Source of the DNA: Nitrospira sp.
Lineage (GTDB): Bacteria > Nitrospirota > Thermodesulfovibrionia > UBA6902
NCBI GenBank assembly: GCA_016784355.1
Contig: JADHUV010000001.1
Location: forward strand, 29,860 to 93,859
Direction: 5' to 3'
Length of the DNA stretch: 64,000 nucleotides
The notes beneath the pieces were generated by a model. That model was not told where the DNA came from. It searched no databases and was given only the letters and a program-made list of their open reading frames with translations. Of this stretch, positions 53,964 through 62,604 are shown piece by piece. Made by a program: the position numbers and the translations under genes. The first letter of the stretch is position 1. Each line of letters begins with the position of its first letter.

Positions 53964-55937
53964 ATGAAATACCGCCCGGACATTGACGGCCTGAGATCAG
54001 TCGCAGTAATTGCAGTCCTGTTCTTTCATGCGGGATTCAGTTTTTTCCGCGGTGGGTTTGTAGGAGTTGATGTTTTTTTTGTGATAAGCGGTTATCTGAT
54101 CACACGCATAATACATGATGAGGTGATTGCTACGGGGTCTTTCAGTTTTTCCAATTTTTATATTCGCAGGACTCGAAGACTGTTCCCCGCATTGTTTTTT
54201 ACATTGATACTAAGCAGTATTTTTGCGTTTATATTATTTTCTCCTCATTATCTTGAGCGCTTTGGCGGTTCATTGATTCACGCGATTACCTCAGTATCAA
54301 ACTTTTTTTTCTGGGGAGAAAGCGGTTACTTTGATGCAGACGCCAGCTTTAAGCCCCTTTTACATACATGGTCTTTGTGTGTGGAAGAGCAGTTTTACCT
54401 CGGCTGGCCGGTTGTGTTTGTGTTTCTTCTTTTAAAGGCCCCGAAATTTGCGGCCCCTGTTGCTGTTGTATTAGGTGGCGTCCTGAGCCTGTATCTGAAT
54501 CAGGTTTTTGCGGATGGAAATGTGGAAATGCTTAATGAACTCTCCCCTGTTGCTGCCGGATGGTTTGCGGATGGGACGGCAACCATCTTTTTTTTAACGC
54601 CATTTCGTGTATTTGAGTTTTCTATAGGTGCCCTGCTTGTCTGGCTGGTAAGGTTTCAGCCGAAAAACAGGCTCGTTCTTGAACCGCTGGCAGCGTTAGG
54701 TCTTATAATGATTGCATATCCTGTTTTCACGTACACTAAACATATTGTTTTTCCGTCCTATAATGCCCTTATGCCGTGTATTGGCACTGCGCTGTTAATA
54801 TATGCAGGGACTGCCCGCTATACCGGGCGTTTACTTAATAACCGTGCAGCAGTAGGTATCGGGCGGATAAGTTATTCGCTATATCTGATTCATTGGCCGA
54901 TAGTGGTTTTTTATAAATATTATAAGTTTGATCAGTATTTAAGTATTAGAGAACAACTTGTGATATGTGCTGCTTCGGTTATTGCAGCAGGCTTTATGTA
55001 TCAATTTGTTGAACAGCCATTCAGGCACAGGGTTAAATCATCAAAAACGCTCTCACCCGCAGGTTTTGGATTTACATGTTCCATGCTTGCGCTTCTTCTG
55101 ATATTGCCCGCGGCCAATATATGGGCAAATAATGGATGGGAGTGGAGGTTTGATGATAATGCTGTATTTATATCTTTAGATGAGGTGCGAGCAGCGGAAG
55201 ATCGAAGATACGAGTTTTTAGAAAAGGGCTGCAGAATTGGCAGTATGGAAAATTGTGATAAGAATGCTGATCTGCAGATTCTCACATTTGGGAATTCACA
55301 TGAGCTTGATGCCTACAATATATTGGTCAGTCAATATGGGCAGAGAGATGACATTAATATCACCTCATTTGGAACCAGTTTCGGCTGCGGCTTTAAACTC
55401 GAGGGCGGGCGGGTCATCAATACAAAACAGAATAGTAAGCTTCAGTGTTCTTTACGGGCCGGGCTTTTGAATGATAAGGACTTTATAAATACTCTGGATA
55501 TCATAGCGTATAGCGTACATCAGCCTTTGGCTGTGCAGGATACTATGACAATACTCCGGCATCTTAAAACGATAAATCCCCGTATGAAAATTATTTTTTT
55601 CAGCGGATATATCGGAATCAGACCATATCGATGTGATGCTCTAATTAATCGTTATGGTGATGTGGACACCTGCAAGGATCCGAAGTTTGTCAATTATTTT
55701 GCAGGGGGGGATGAAAAAAAGATGATTCTTGCGATGACGTTTGCGAAAACAGACTTTTTATATATAGATAAGGTTGATTTGTTTTGTGAAGGTCGGCTGC
55801 TTGAAAACTGCCTGATGCAAGCAAACCGGACACCGGCTTTTTATGACGGGGATCATTTGTCTGTAGAATTTGCACGTCTTCTGAGTGACAAAATGACCGC
55901 TGCATATGCGGATGAACTGGCAAAGTTTGGCTTGTGA
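53964..55937 (+). CDS. Acyltransferase-3 (OafA/YrhL-type) membrane O-acyltransferase with a C-terminal SGNH-like extracytoplasmic domain
   Basis: 657 aa. The N-terminal signature is YRPDIDGLRSVAVIAVLFFHAGF...GGFVGVDVFFVISGYLIT, followed by about 10 TM helices and an about 270-aa soluble C-terminal domain. Confidence 0.85.
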   Translation: MKYRPDIDGLRSVAVIAVLFFHAGFSFFRGGFVGVDVFFVISGYLITRIIHDEVIATGSFSFSNFYIRRTRRLFPALFFTLILSSIFAFILFSPHYLERFGGSLIHAITSVSNFFFWGESGYFDADASFKPLLHTWSLCVEEQFYLGWPVVFVFLLLKAPKFAAPVAVVLGGVLSLYLNQVFADGNVEMLNELSPVAAGWFADGTATIFFLTPFRVFEFSIGALLVWLVRFQPKNRLVLEPLAALGLIMIAYPVFTYTKHIVFPSYNALMPCIGTALLIYAGTARYTGRLLNNRAAVGIGRISYSLYLIHWPIVVFYKYYKFDQYLSIREQLVICAASVIAAGFMYQFVEQPFRHRVKSSKTLSPAGFGFTCSMLALLLILPAANIWANNGWEWRFDDNAVFISLDEVRAAEDRRYEFLEKGCRIGSMENCDKNADLQILTFGNSHELDAYNILVSQYGQRDDINITSFGTSFGCGFKLEGGRVINTKQNSKLQCSLRAGLLNDKDFINTLDIIAYSVHQPLAVQDTMTILRHLKTINPRMKIIFFSGYIGIRPYRCDALINRYGDVDTCKDPKFVNYFAGGDEKKMILAMTFAKTDFLYIDKVDLFCEGRLLENCLMQANRTPAFYDGDHLSVEFARLLSDKMTAAYADELAKFGL

Positions 55938-56123
55938 GAGGTAATAGCCGGAAGCATCGGTAAGATTGCTACCTCAAAGGCGTTTCTGTTACTATGATTC
56001 AGGTTCTAATGGCAATTTCATAAAATAAATGAAACGGCCTGATTTTAGTTATGCTAGACACATTGCAAGTTACTGTTTTAAAATAATAATTTATCCCGTA
56101 AGGGCTTTAAAGAGGAGGTTTGT

Positions 56124-56870
56124 ATGCGAACAGCTAATCCGGCATTAAATGAAAAAATATTCAGAGATTATGCCAACCGGTCTCAGCAGGGCGGTTCAAT
56201 GACCATTCAGGGTGCAGTAAATAAAACGGCGATTCTTTTATTCTGCCTTATGCTGACTGCCACCTGGACGTGGAGCCTGTTTTTCAATTCATGGAATCCT
56301 GCTACGGTTACACCGTGGGTATTTGGTGGTGCCATAGGCGGATTTATTGTAGCAATGATTACGGTTTTCAAAAAGGAATGGGCACCTGTTACGGCCCCTG
56401 TGTATGCCTTGCTGGAGGGTCTGTTTATTGGTGGTATTTCTGCGATATTTGAGGCCAAGTATCCTGGAATAGTAATCCAGGCGGTTGGTTTGACTTTTGG
56501 TACATTGGGCGGCCTGCTCTTAGCGTACAAATCCGGGATGATAAAGGCCACAGAAAACTTTAAGATGGGCGTTGTGGCAGCAACAGGGGGTATCGCATTA
56601 GTTTATGTTATCAGCATAATTATGGGGATGTTTGGTATGAATATGCCGTTTATACATGAAAGCGGCACATTTGGAATTTTATTCAGCCTTTTCGTTGTTG
56701 TCATAGCGGCCCTTAATCTTGTGCTTGATTTCGATTTTATAGAACAGGGTGCGCAAAGAGGTGCCCCTGCATTTATGGAATGGTATGCAGCATTCGGCCT
56801 TATGGTAACTCTCGTATGGCTGTATGTTGAGATACTGCGGCTTTTATCGAAACTAAACAGCAGACGCTGA
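56124..56870 (+). CDS. Bax-inhibitor-1-like / YccA-related integral membrane protein
   Basis: 248 aa starting MRTANPAL, with a soluble head of about 35 aa and then 6-7 TM helices. The pattern resembles the BI-1-like family. The assignment is from recall. Confidence 0.6.
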   Translation: MRTANPALNEKIFRDYANRSQQGGSMTIQGAVNKTAILLFCLMLTATWTWSLFFNSWNPATVTPWVFGGAIGGFIVAMITVFKKEWAPVTAPVYALLEGLFIGGISAIFEAKYPGIVIQAVGLTFGTLGGLLLAYKSGMIKATENFKMGVVAATGGIALVYVISIIMGMFGMNMPFIHESGTFGILFSLFVVVIAALNLVLDFDFIEQGAQRGAPAFMEWYAAFGLMVTLVWLYVEILRLLSKLNSRR

Positions 56871-56890
56871 AGTAAGCTTTAAAATTAAAA

Positions 56891-57571
56891 ATGTCAAAAA
56901 AACTCGTTATTGATATTGAAGTTATAGGGAATGATTTTGAGTCTTTTGATGAGACCACAAAAGATTATCTGCTGAAGTATGCAAATACTCAAGAGGAGAT
57001 CCAGGCAGTGAAGGAAGGTCTGGGGCTTTCCCCGCTGACCGGGGAGATAGTTGCCATTGGAATGCTGAATCCTGATTCCAGCAAGGGAGCAGTCTATTTT
57101 CAGTCACCGGGAGTGGAGCATGAACCCCTCACTGAAGACGGTATTGAATATACCGCTGATACGGAAGAGGGTCTACTCGGAAAGTTCTGGGAGACGGTAA
57201 AACATTATGACCAGGTAATAACGTTTAATGGCCGGGCTTTTGATGCCCCGTATCTAATCCTGCGTTCTGCAATTCATGGTATTAAGCCGACTAAGGATCT
57301 GATGCCGAATCGTTACAGCCTGTCACACTGTGACCTTATTGATGTGCTGACCTTTTACGGTGCGGTGCGCAGGAAGTTCAGTTTGCATATGTGGTGTACT
57401 GCATTTGGTATTAAAAGTCCCAAGGTGGAAGGGGTGACCGGACATGAGGTGCCCGGCTTATTTGCAGATAAGGAGTTCTTAACGATAGCAAAATACTGCG
57501 TCGGAGACTTATATGCAACTGCGGAATTGTATGAATACTGGAGCAGATATGTCAGGTTCAGTCCTGCTTAA
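56891..57571 (+). CDS. RNase-H-fold 3'-5' exonuclease related to the family-B DNA polymerase exonuclease domain
   Basis: 226 aa with an Exo I-like motif VIDIEVIG, an Exo II-like motif ITFNGRAFDAPYL, and an Exo III-like region HCDLIDVL ... YCVGDLYAT. Confidence 0.6.
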   Translation: MSKKLVIDIEVIGNDFESFDETTKDYLLKYANTQEEIQAVKEGLGLSPLTGEIVAIGMLNPDSSKGAVYFQSPGVEHEPLTEDGIEYTADTEEGLLGKFWETVKHYDQVITFNGRAFDAPYLILRSAIHGIKPTKDLMPNRYSLSHCDLIDVLTFYGAVRRKFSLHMWCTAFGIKSPKVEGVTGHEVPGLFADKEFLTIAKYCVGDLYATAELYEYWSRYVRFSPA

Positions 57572-57684
57572 GCGTGTACAACCTGTCAGTGTAAATGCGT
57601 AATATGGTACGCTTGGAAATGGTAGAATAAGCGGAATGATTGTGCAGCTTATTTGCAATGAATTCTTTTTAAATAACGTTTACA

Positions 57685-59103
57685 ATGAAAAACACTAAGG
57701 GTCTTAAGGGCCTTTCCATATTGATTATTGATGACCGTCAGGCATTAAGGTCTCTGGAAGATATCATGCTGCAGGCAGATGCTGCGGTATATGCCGGATG
57801 GGATTTTAAGTTTGCCGAGACAACTCTGGGCACTGTAAGTATAAATGTGATACTGGCCTCGATTGATCTGGTTGATGAAAAATTCATCGAGATCGTCAGG
57901 CATTATAAACAGCAGCATCCGGAGATCCTTTTTTATGTACTGACGGATCAGGAATATGATTCTGTAGAGACCTCCCAGGAAGCGGTCCGTCAGGTAGTCG
58001 ATGATTACATTAAAAAGCCGATTGATATGGAGCGTTTCACCGGGATAGTTGTCTCTAATATCGGCATTCACTCTTCTGAGACAACCTCACTGACCGTTGT
58101 TGATCCCCTTATATCCAGGGTTAAGCCGTACTTTCTTTTCAGGTCCCCTGCGATGCGCAGAACTCTGGCTCAGCTGCCTCAGATCTCGGCTTCGGATCAG
58201 ACCGTGCTGATAAGTGGTGAGACCGGAAGCGGCAAGGAGATAGTCGCCCGCGCCATCCATGTTCTTAGCGGACGGCCTTCGGGTCCATTTGTTCCTATTA
58301 ATTGCGGTGCCGTTCCTGAGAGCCTGATAGAGTCTGAACTTTTTGGACATGAAAAGGGAGCGTTTACCGGTGCTGAGCGTACACGCAAGGGAAAGTTTGA
58401 GAGTGCTGATAAGGGCACGCTTTTTCTGGATGAGATAGGGGACATGCCGCTTAGCCTTCAGGTAAGGCTTTTAAGGGCCTTAGAGGAGGGATCTATTCAG
58501 CGTATTGGAAGTGAAAGTCCTGTACCCATAGATGTTCGGGTAATTGCGGCCACCAACTCGGATCTTAAGAAGGCAGTGAACGACGGTTTGTTCAGGGAGG
58601 ATCTTTTTTATCGGCTGAATGTGCTTCGGATAAACCTGCCGCCGCTTCGACAGCGTGTTGAGGATATCCCGCTGCTCTCAGTGCACTTTCTGGAAAGGGC
58701 CTTTGCGGAACTTGGCCGGGATGTCCCTTACCCGGTGCTTTCATCAGAGACAATATATCTGCTGGAGCATTATTCATGGAGGGGCAATGTCAGGGAACTA
58801 CGAAATATAATGACACGCATAGCAACGCTGCTGCCGCGAAATTCAACAAAAATATTCCCGTTTCATGTAGTACCTCATCTTGATGATTTGTCTCATTCCG
58901 GTGTCTCGGAATTATCTGATCCGCTTTCTGATTCTCGTAAGGAGCAAGGGATATTTATTCCGATAGGCACCAGGCTATGTGATGCGGAGGATGCTTTGAT
59001 CAATGAGACCCTCAGGCATACCGATGGTAACAAGACCAGAGCCGCAGCTATGCTGGGAGTAAGTCTCCGCAATTTTCGAAGAAAAACCAATAAAGATAAA
59101 TGA
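57685..59103 (+). CDS. Sigma-54-dependent transcriptional activator (NtrC family: receiver, AAA+, Fis-type HTH)
   Basis: 472 aa. Motifs: receiver ILIIDD ... LASIDL, Walker A GETGSGKE, GAFTGA loop ESELFGHEKGAFTGA, Walker B LFLDEIG, RVIAATN, and C-terminal HTH NKTRAAAMLGVSLRNFRRK. Confidence 0.9.
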   Translation: MKNTKGLKGLSILIIDDRQALRSLEDIMLQADAAVYAGWDFKFAETTLGTVSINVILASIDLVDEKFIEIVRHYKQQHPEILFYVLTDQEYDSVETSQEAVRQVVDDYIKKPIDMERFTGIVVSNIGIHSSETTSLTVVDPLISRVKPYFLFRSPAMRRTLAQLPQISASDQTVLISGETGSGKEIVARAIHVLSGRPSGPFVPINCGAVPESLIESELFGHEKGAFTGAERTRKGKFESADKGTLFLDEIGDMPLSLQVRLLRALEEGSIQRIGSESPVPIDVRVIAATNSDLKKAVNDGLFREDLFYRLNVLRINLPPLRQRVEDIPLLSVHFLERAFAELGRDVPYPVLSSETIYLLEHYSWRGNVRELRNIMTRIATLLPRNSTKIFPFHVVPHLDDLSHSGVSELSDPLSDSRKEQGIFIPIGTRLCDAEDALINETLRHTDGNKTRAAAMLGVSLRNFRRKTNKDK

Positions 59104-59159
59104 GTCAGGTGGTTTTTTGCAGTATTGATTTTAAGGTGGTACCTGGCAGGACATCCGGG

Positions 59160-61574
59160 CTACTGCTCTGTGAGCACGGTGTTTTCGATCTCTTCTTTTA
59201 AGGCATCAGCAAAGATGTCAGACTGGCTGGTCAGTTCCTTAATTGCTTCTTTAAGACCTTCTACTGAGCCTTCCTTTAGGATTACTTCAATATTTTTGCA
59301 GAGGTCGATCAGTTTCCAGGCCTTGAATATTCCGAAATTTCCTTTCAGGCCATGTACCATATTATGCAGGGTGTCCATATCGTGACTTTCGGCTGCAGTC
59401 TTAATACCTGTCATCTTTTCGGGTAGTATCTCAAGGAATTTAATGTAAAGGTCTCTTCTTTTTTGCTGTCTGATCCAGATTTGCAGCTGGTCATAATCTT
59501 TACCATCAAGAAACTGGCTTAACGAGCTCTCTGATGATACCTTCTGCTTTTTTGCAGCCTTTGTCCTGGCTCCGAGCCAGTGAACAAAAACCCTGGAAAG
59601 CTCTTTTTCGTCAAGGGGTTTAGCGAGGTAGTCGTCCATCCCGGCATTCAGACATTTGGTCCTGTCATCGCTTAGTGCGTTGGCAGTGAGCGCCACAATT
59701 ATGGTTCGGTGCTTTCTGTCTGAGAGTGATTCAAACTGCCTTATCTCGCGGGTTGCCGTATAGCCGTCCATGAGCGGCATCTGACAATCCATCAGCACCA
59801 TGTCATATGTGCTGTTTTGAACCTTTTCAAGCACCTCTTTGCCATTATGCGCAATATCAATGTACTGGAACCCTGATTCTTCAAGAAGTTCAGTAATAAA
59901 CATCCTGTTGATCTCTTCATCTTCAGCTACAAGTAACCTGAATTGTGAGCCGTCATAGTCAGTGGAGTATGAGCGTGAGTACAGGCTTGCCTCAAGTTCC
60001 TGTTCTTCTGCGGCAGAAGTCGGCATGTAAGGGATGGAGAAATGAAATACGCTCCCGAATCCCGGTACGCTGTCAGCATGAATGCTGCCGCCCATTAGCG
60101 TAACTATCTTTGATGCAATAGAGAGCCCCAGACCTGTTCCCCCGAATTCTCTTGTCGTTGAGCTGTCTGCCTGTGTGAAGGACTCAAAAAGTGTATGTAT
60201 GATATCAGGTGAGACCCCTATCCCGGTATCTGCAACAGAAAAGGAAATGTACTCAGTCCCTTCTTTATCGCTTAGTTCAGCAGAGATGATTATTGATCCG
60301 CTACTGGTAAACTTGATTGCATTACCGATAAGGTTGTACAGGATCTGCCGCAGGCGATATGGGTCACCTTTAATGGAATGCGGAAGGTTGGGAGATGCAT
60401 TAACTGATATAGAGAGTTTTTTATCAATAGCTAAGGAATAAAACTGGTCCTTGATCTCATGTAACAGTGAATGCAGGTTAAACGGAATGGTTTCAAGGCG
60501 CACTTTACCCTCTTCTATTTTTGAAAAATCCAGTATATCGCTGATAAGCGATAGCAGCGAGTTGCCGGATTGTTTGAGCGTTTCTACAAAGTGCAGCTGC
60601 CTGCTGTCAAGATCAGTTTTTTTCAGGAGCTGTGCCATGCCCAGTACGCTGTTCATGGGAGTTCTTATCTCATGGCTCATGGTCGCAAGGAACTGGCCTT
60701 TTATCTTTGATGCCTCAAGTGCCTGATCTCGGGTCTCTATGAGCTGTTTTTGCTGGCTGCTGATATTCTGCTGCATCATATTCAGGGCGCTTTGAAGTAT
60801 TTGCACTTCGTAGACTTCGGTATCTACGGCAAACGGTTTATCCATATTTTTACCAGATACACCGGCAACCTGGTCAGCAAATATTTTCAGTGGAGCAGTA
60901 GCTGAACGGCTGATCATATACATCAATATGAACATGAGTATTGCCTGTAAAAACGCAAATACAATATAAAGCTTAAGCCGCGACATAGCCATGTCATTGA
61001 ATTTGTCGAGAGGCATGAGATATTCACTGTGTAAAAACCCTTCTACCTCTCCCGGCGATATACGGCCATCCTTGTTTAAATCAATGCCGACCGGAAATAC
61101 AATCTTGTGGTTATTGCCTATCAGTTTGGAATAAGGGGTGTTGAAGTCCTTATATGAGGTCATAAAGATCTCACTCTGTAATTCTGGAAGGGGTTTTGTA
61201 AAAAATTCTTTTTGGTCCCCCACCTCACGAGTCACCACTGCGAGTATGGACCATGATTTGTCATAGAAAACCGAGTGCAGGGGAGAACGTTTAAATTTTA
61301 GAGATGTCTGTATTGCCTCATGTAAGACCGATTTTATATCCTTTATGTCCTGTTTCGCATCATTCATATAACCCATCTTGAAATCTTCAAAAAAGAACTG
61401 AAATATGGGATCCTGGGCAAGTATGGCGGCCTCATTGAGATCAAACCTCATGGATTCTTCTGTTATTCTGGTCGCTTCTTTGTTGTAGTCATACCATATC
61501 AGCCAGATATTACCAATGGTACTGATAAGAAGTACAGGTATGAGGAGGATATAAAATTTATGCGCAAGTTTCAT
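59160..61574 (-). CDS. Hybrid sensor histidine kinase (two-TM sensor with an EF-hand-like loop, HisKA, HATPase, receiver, HPt)
   Basis: 804 aa. Motifs: H-box MSHEIRTPMNSVLGM, LYNLIGNAIKFT, DTGIGV, GGTGLGLSIA, receiver LLVAEDEEIN..VLMDCQMPLMDG..KPL, and HPt VHGLKGNFG. The sensor loop reads DLNKDGRISPGE. Confidence 0.9.
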   Translation of the reverse strand: MKLAHKFYILLIPVLLISTIGNIWLIWYDYNKEATRITEESMRFDLNEAAILAQDPIFQFFFEDFKMGYMNDAKQDIKDIKSVLHEAIQTSLKFKRSPLHSVFYDKSWSILAVVTREVGDQKEFFTKPLPELQSEIFMTSYKDFNTPYSKLIGNNHKIVFPVGIDLNKDGRISPGEVEGFLHSEYLMPLDKFNDMAMSRLKLYIVFAFLQAILMFILMYMISRSATAPLKIFADQVAGVSGKNMDKPFAVDTEVYEVQILQSALNMMQQNISSQQKQLIETRDQALEASKIKGQFLATMSHEIRTPMNSVLGMAQLLKKTDLDSRQLHFVETLKQSGNSLLSLISDILDFSKIEEGKVRLETIPFNLHSLLHEIKDQFYSLAIDKKLSISVNASPNLPHSIKGDPYRLRQILYNLIGNAIKFTSSGSIIISAELSDKEGTEYISFSVADTGIGVSPDIIHTLFESFTQADSSTTREFGGTGLGLSIASKIVTLMGGSIHADSVPGFGSVFHFSIPYMPTSAAEEQELEASLYSRSYSTDYDGSQFRLLVAEDEEINRMFITELLEESGFQYIDIAHNGKEVLEKVQNSTYDMVLMDCQMPLMDGYTATREIRQFESLSDRKHRTIIVALTANALSDDRTKCLNAGMDDYLAKPLDEKELSRVFVHWLGARTKAAKKQKVSSESSLSQFLDGKDYDQLQIWIRQQKRRDLYIKFLEILPEKMTGIKTAAESHDMDTLHNMVHGLKGNFGIFKAWKLIDLCKNIEVILKEGSVEGLKEAIKELTSQSDIFADALKEEIENTVLTEQ

Positions 61575-61592
61575 AGTGGTTGTTTGTTTTTC

Positions 61593-62375
61593 TTATTTGA
61601 AGCTGGAATACCATCTATTGAAAATATGCTTGATATGTATGAATTTATCCTTGATATTGTCCCAGTTGTCATTGTTGACGTCACCTATTATTTCATCACC
61701 AATCCTGTTTATACCGACCACATTACTGAGCCATCTTGTGTGCATATACACATTCGGATTAAGTGCAGAGAGTGTTATCTTGATAGCGGATGTATGGATT
61801 ATTTCTGCTGAGTCACGTACGGCATTTTTGTCATGCACTGAAATGGCCTTTTCAAGTATCAGGATCTGATTTCTGACATGCTCCTTCAGCCAGAATGGGT
61901 TGGCAGCCTGTATCTGCTCGATATGTCCTAGCAGGATATTTATTAGATAGATTGCTTCAACAGCGTTTTTGTTCATGGACACGTTCCGGAGCTCAAGGCA
62001 GTGATGGTATAGATTAGAGGCATAGTACTCGAAAATCTCATTTTGGTCAGCTATCGCAAGATCATGCAGCGTTTTTGATTGGTTAATTAAGGAATTAGCG
62101 TTGGCATAAGCACGATTCCATTCACCGGATGTTATATCTTTTATATATTGATCCATGGTTACTTCATATTTTTCAAATAGTGTTGAAAGGGTGGCATTGT
62201 CTGTTGCATCTGCCGATAACGGATTGATAGACAGGATCAGGGTAATCAGCAACATTGAAACACAGAAACAGGCAGTAATTGATTGAGAAAACTTGAAAAT
62301 ATATCTCATAAAATAAACCGGCAGTTCTTGTAATAGATGATTAAGTTGAACATATATTAAGTAAGTATATATCAT
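61593..62375 (-). CDS. Hypothetical secreted all-helical protein, 18 nt upstream of the hybrid kinase and probably co-transcribed with it
   Basis: The ORF is 260 aa. A more plausible start is the internal Met at 62309 (MRYIFKFSQSITACFCVSMLLITLILSINPLSA), which gives a signal peptide. No family was recognised. Confidence 0.5.
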   Translation of the reverse strand: MIYTYLIYVQLNHLLQELPVYFMRYIFKFSQSITACFCVSMLLITLILSINPLSADATDNATLSTLFEKYEVTMDQYIKDITSGEWNRAYANANSLINQSKTLHDLAIADQNEIFEYYASNLYHHCLELRNVSMNKNAVEAIYLINILLGHIEQIQAANPFWLKEHVRNQILILEKAISVHDKNAVRDSAEIIHTSAIKITLSALNPNVYMHTRWLSNVVGINRIGDEIIGDVNNDNWDNIKDKFIHIKHIFNRWYSSFK

Positions 62376-62439
62376 GTATTAAGTGTAAATACAATTTAGC
62401 CCGTATTATGTCTTAGGAAATTCCCTGTGTAAAGGATTG

Positions 62440-62468
62440 TTGACAATTATTGAGCAGTTCTTATATAT
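62440..62468 (+). promoter_or_regulatory. Candidate sigma-70-type promoter for the REC-PAS kinase gene
   Basis: TTGACA (62440-62445), a 16-17-nt spacer, then TATATA/ATATAT, about 140 nt upstream of the ATG at 62605. This is a pattern match only. Confidence 0.3.
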
Positions 62469-62604
62469 ATCGCATAGATGATAAATGATGAGAAATCATC
62501 ATTTTGGTGGTACAATGTAAAAAAAGATATGAGCATATGACGAATCAATGTGAATTTTACGATCGCTGTATTTTCACGAACATTTATACTGAGGCAGAAA
62601 TGCA

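Noticed and set aside
62483-62504. A perfect 8-bp inverted repeat (AAATGATG-agaaat-CATCATTT) followed by T residues, lying between the candidate promoter and the REC-PAS kinase gene. I considered it as a possible operator or attenuator.
   Set aside because: The stem is short, AT-rich and of low stability, and there is no second copy elsewhere in the window. That is insufficient to call a regulatory site.
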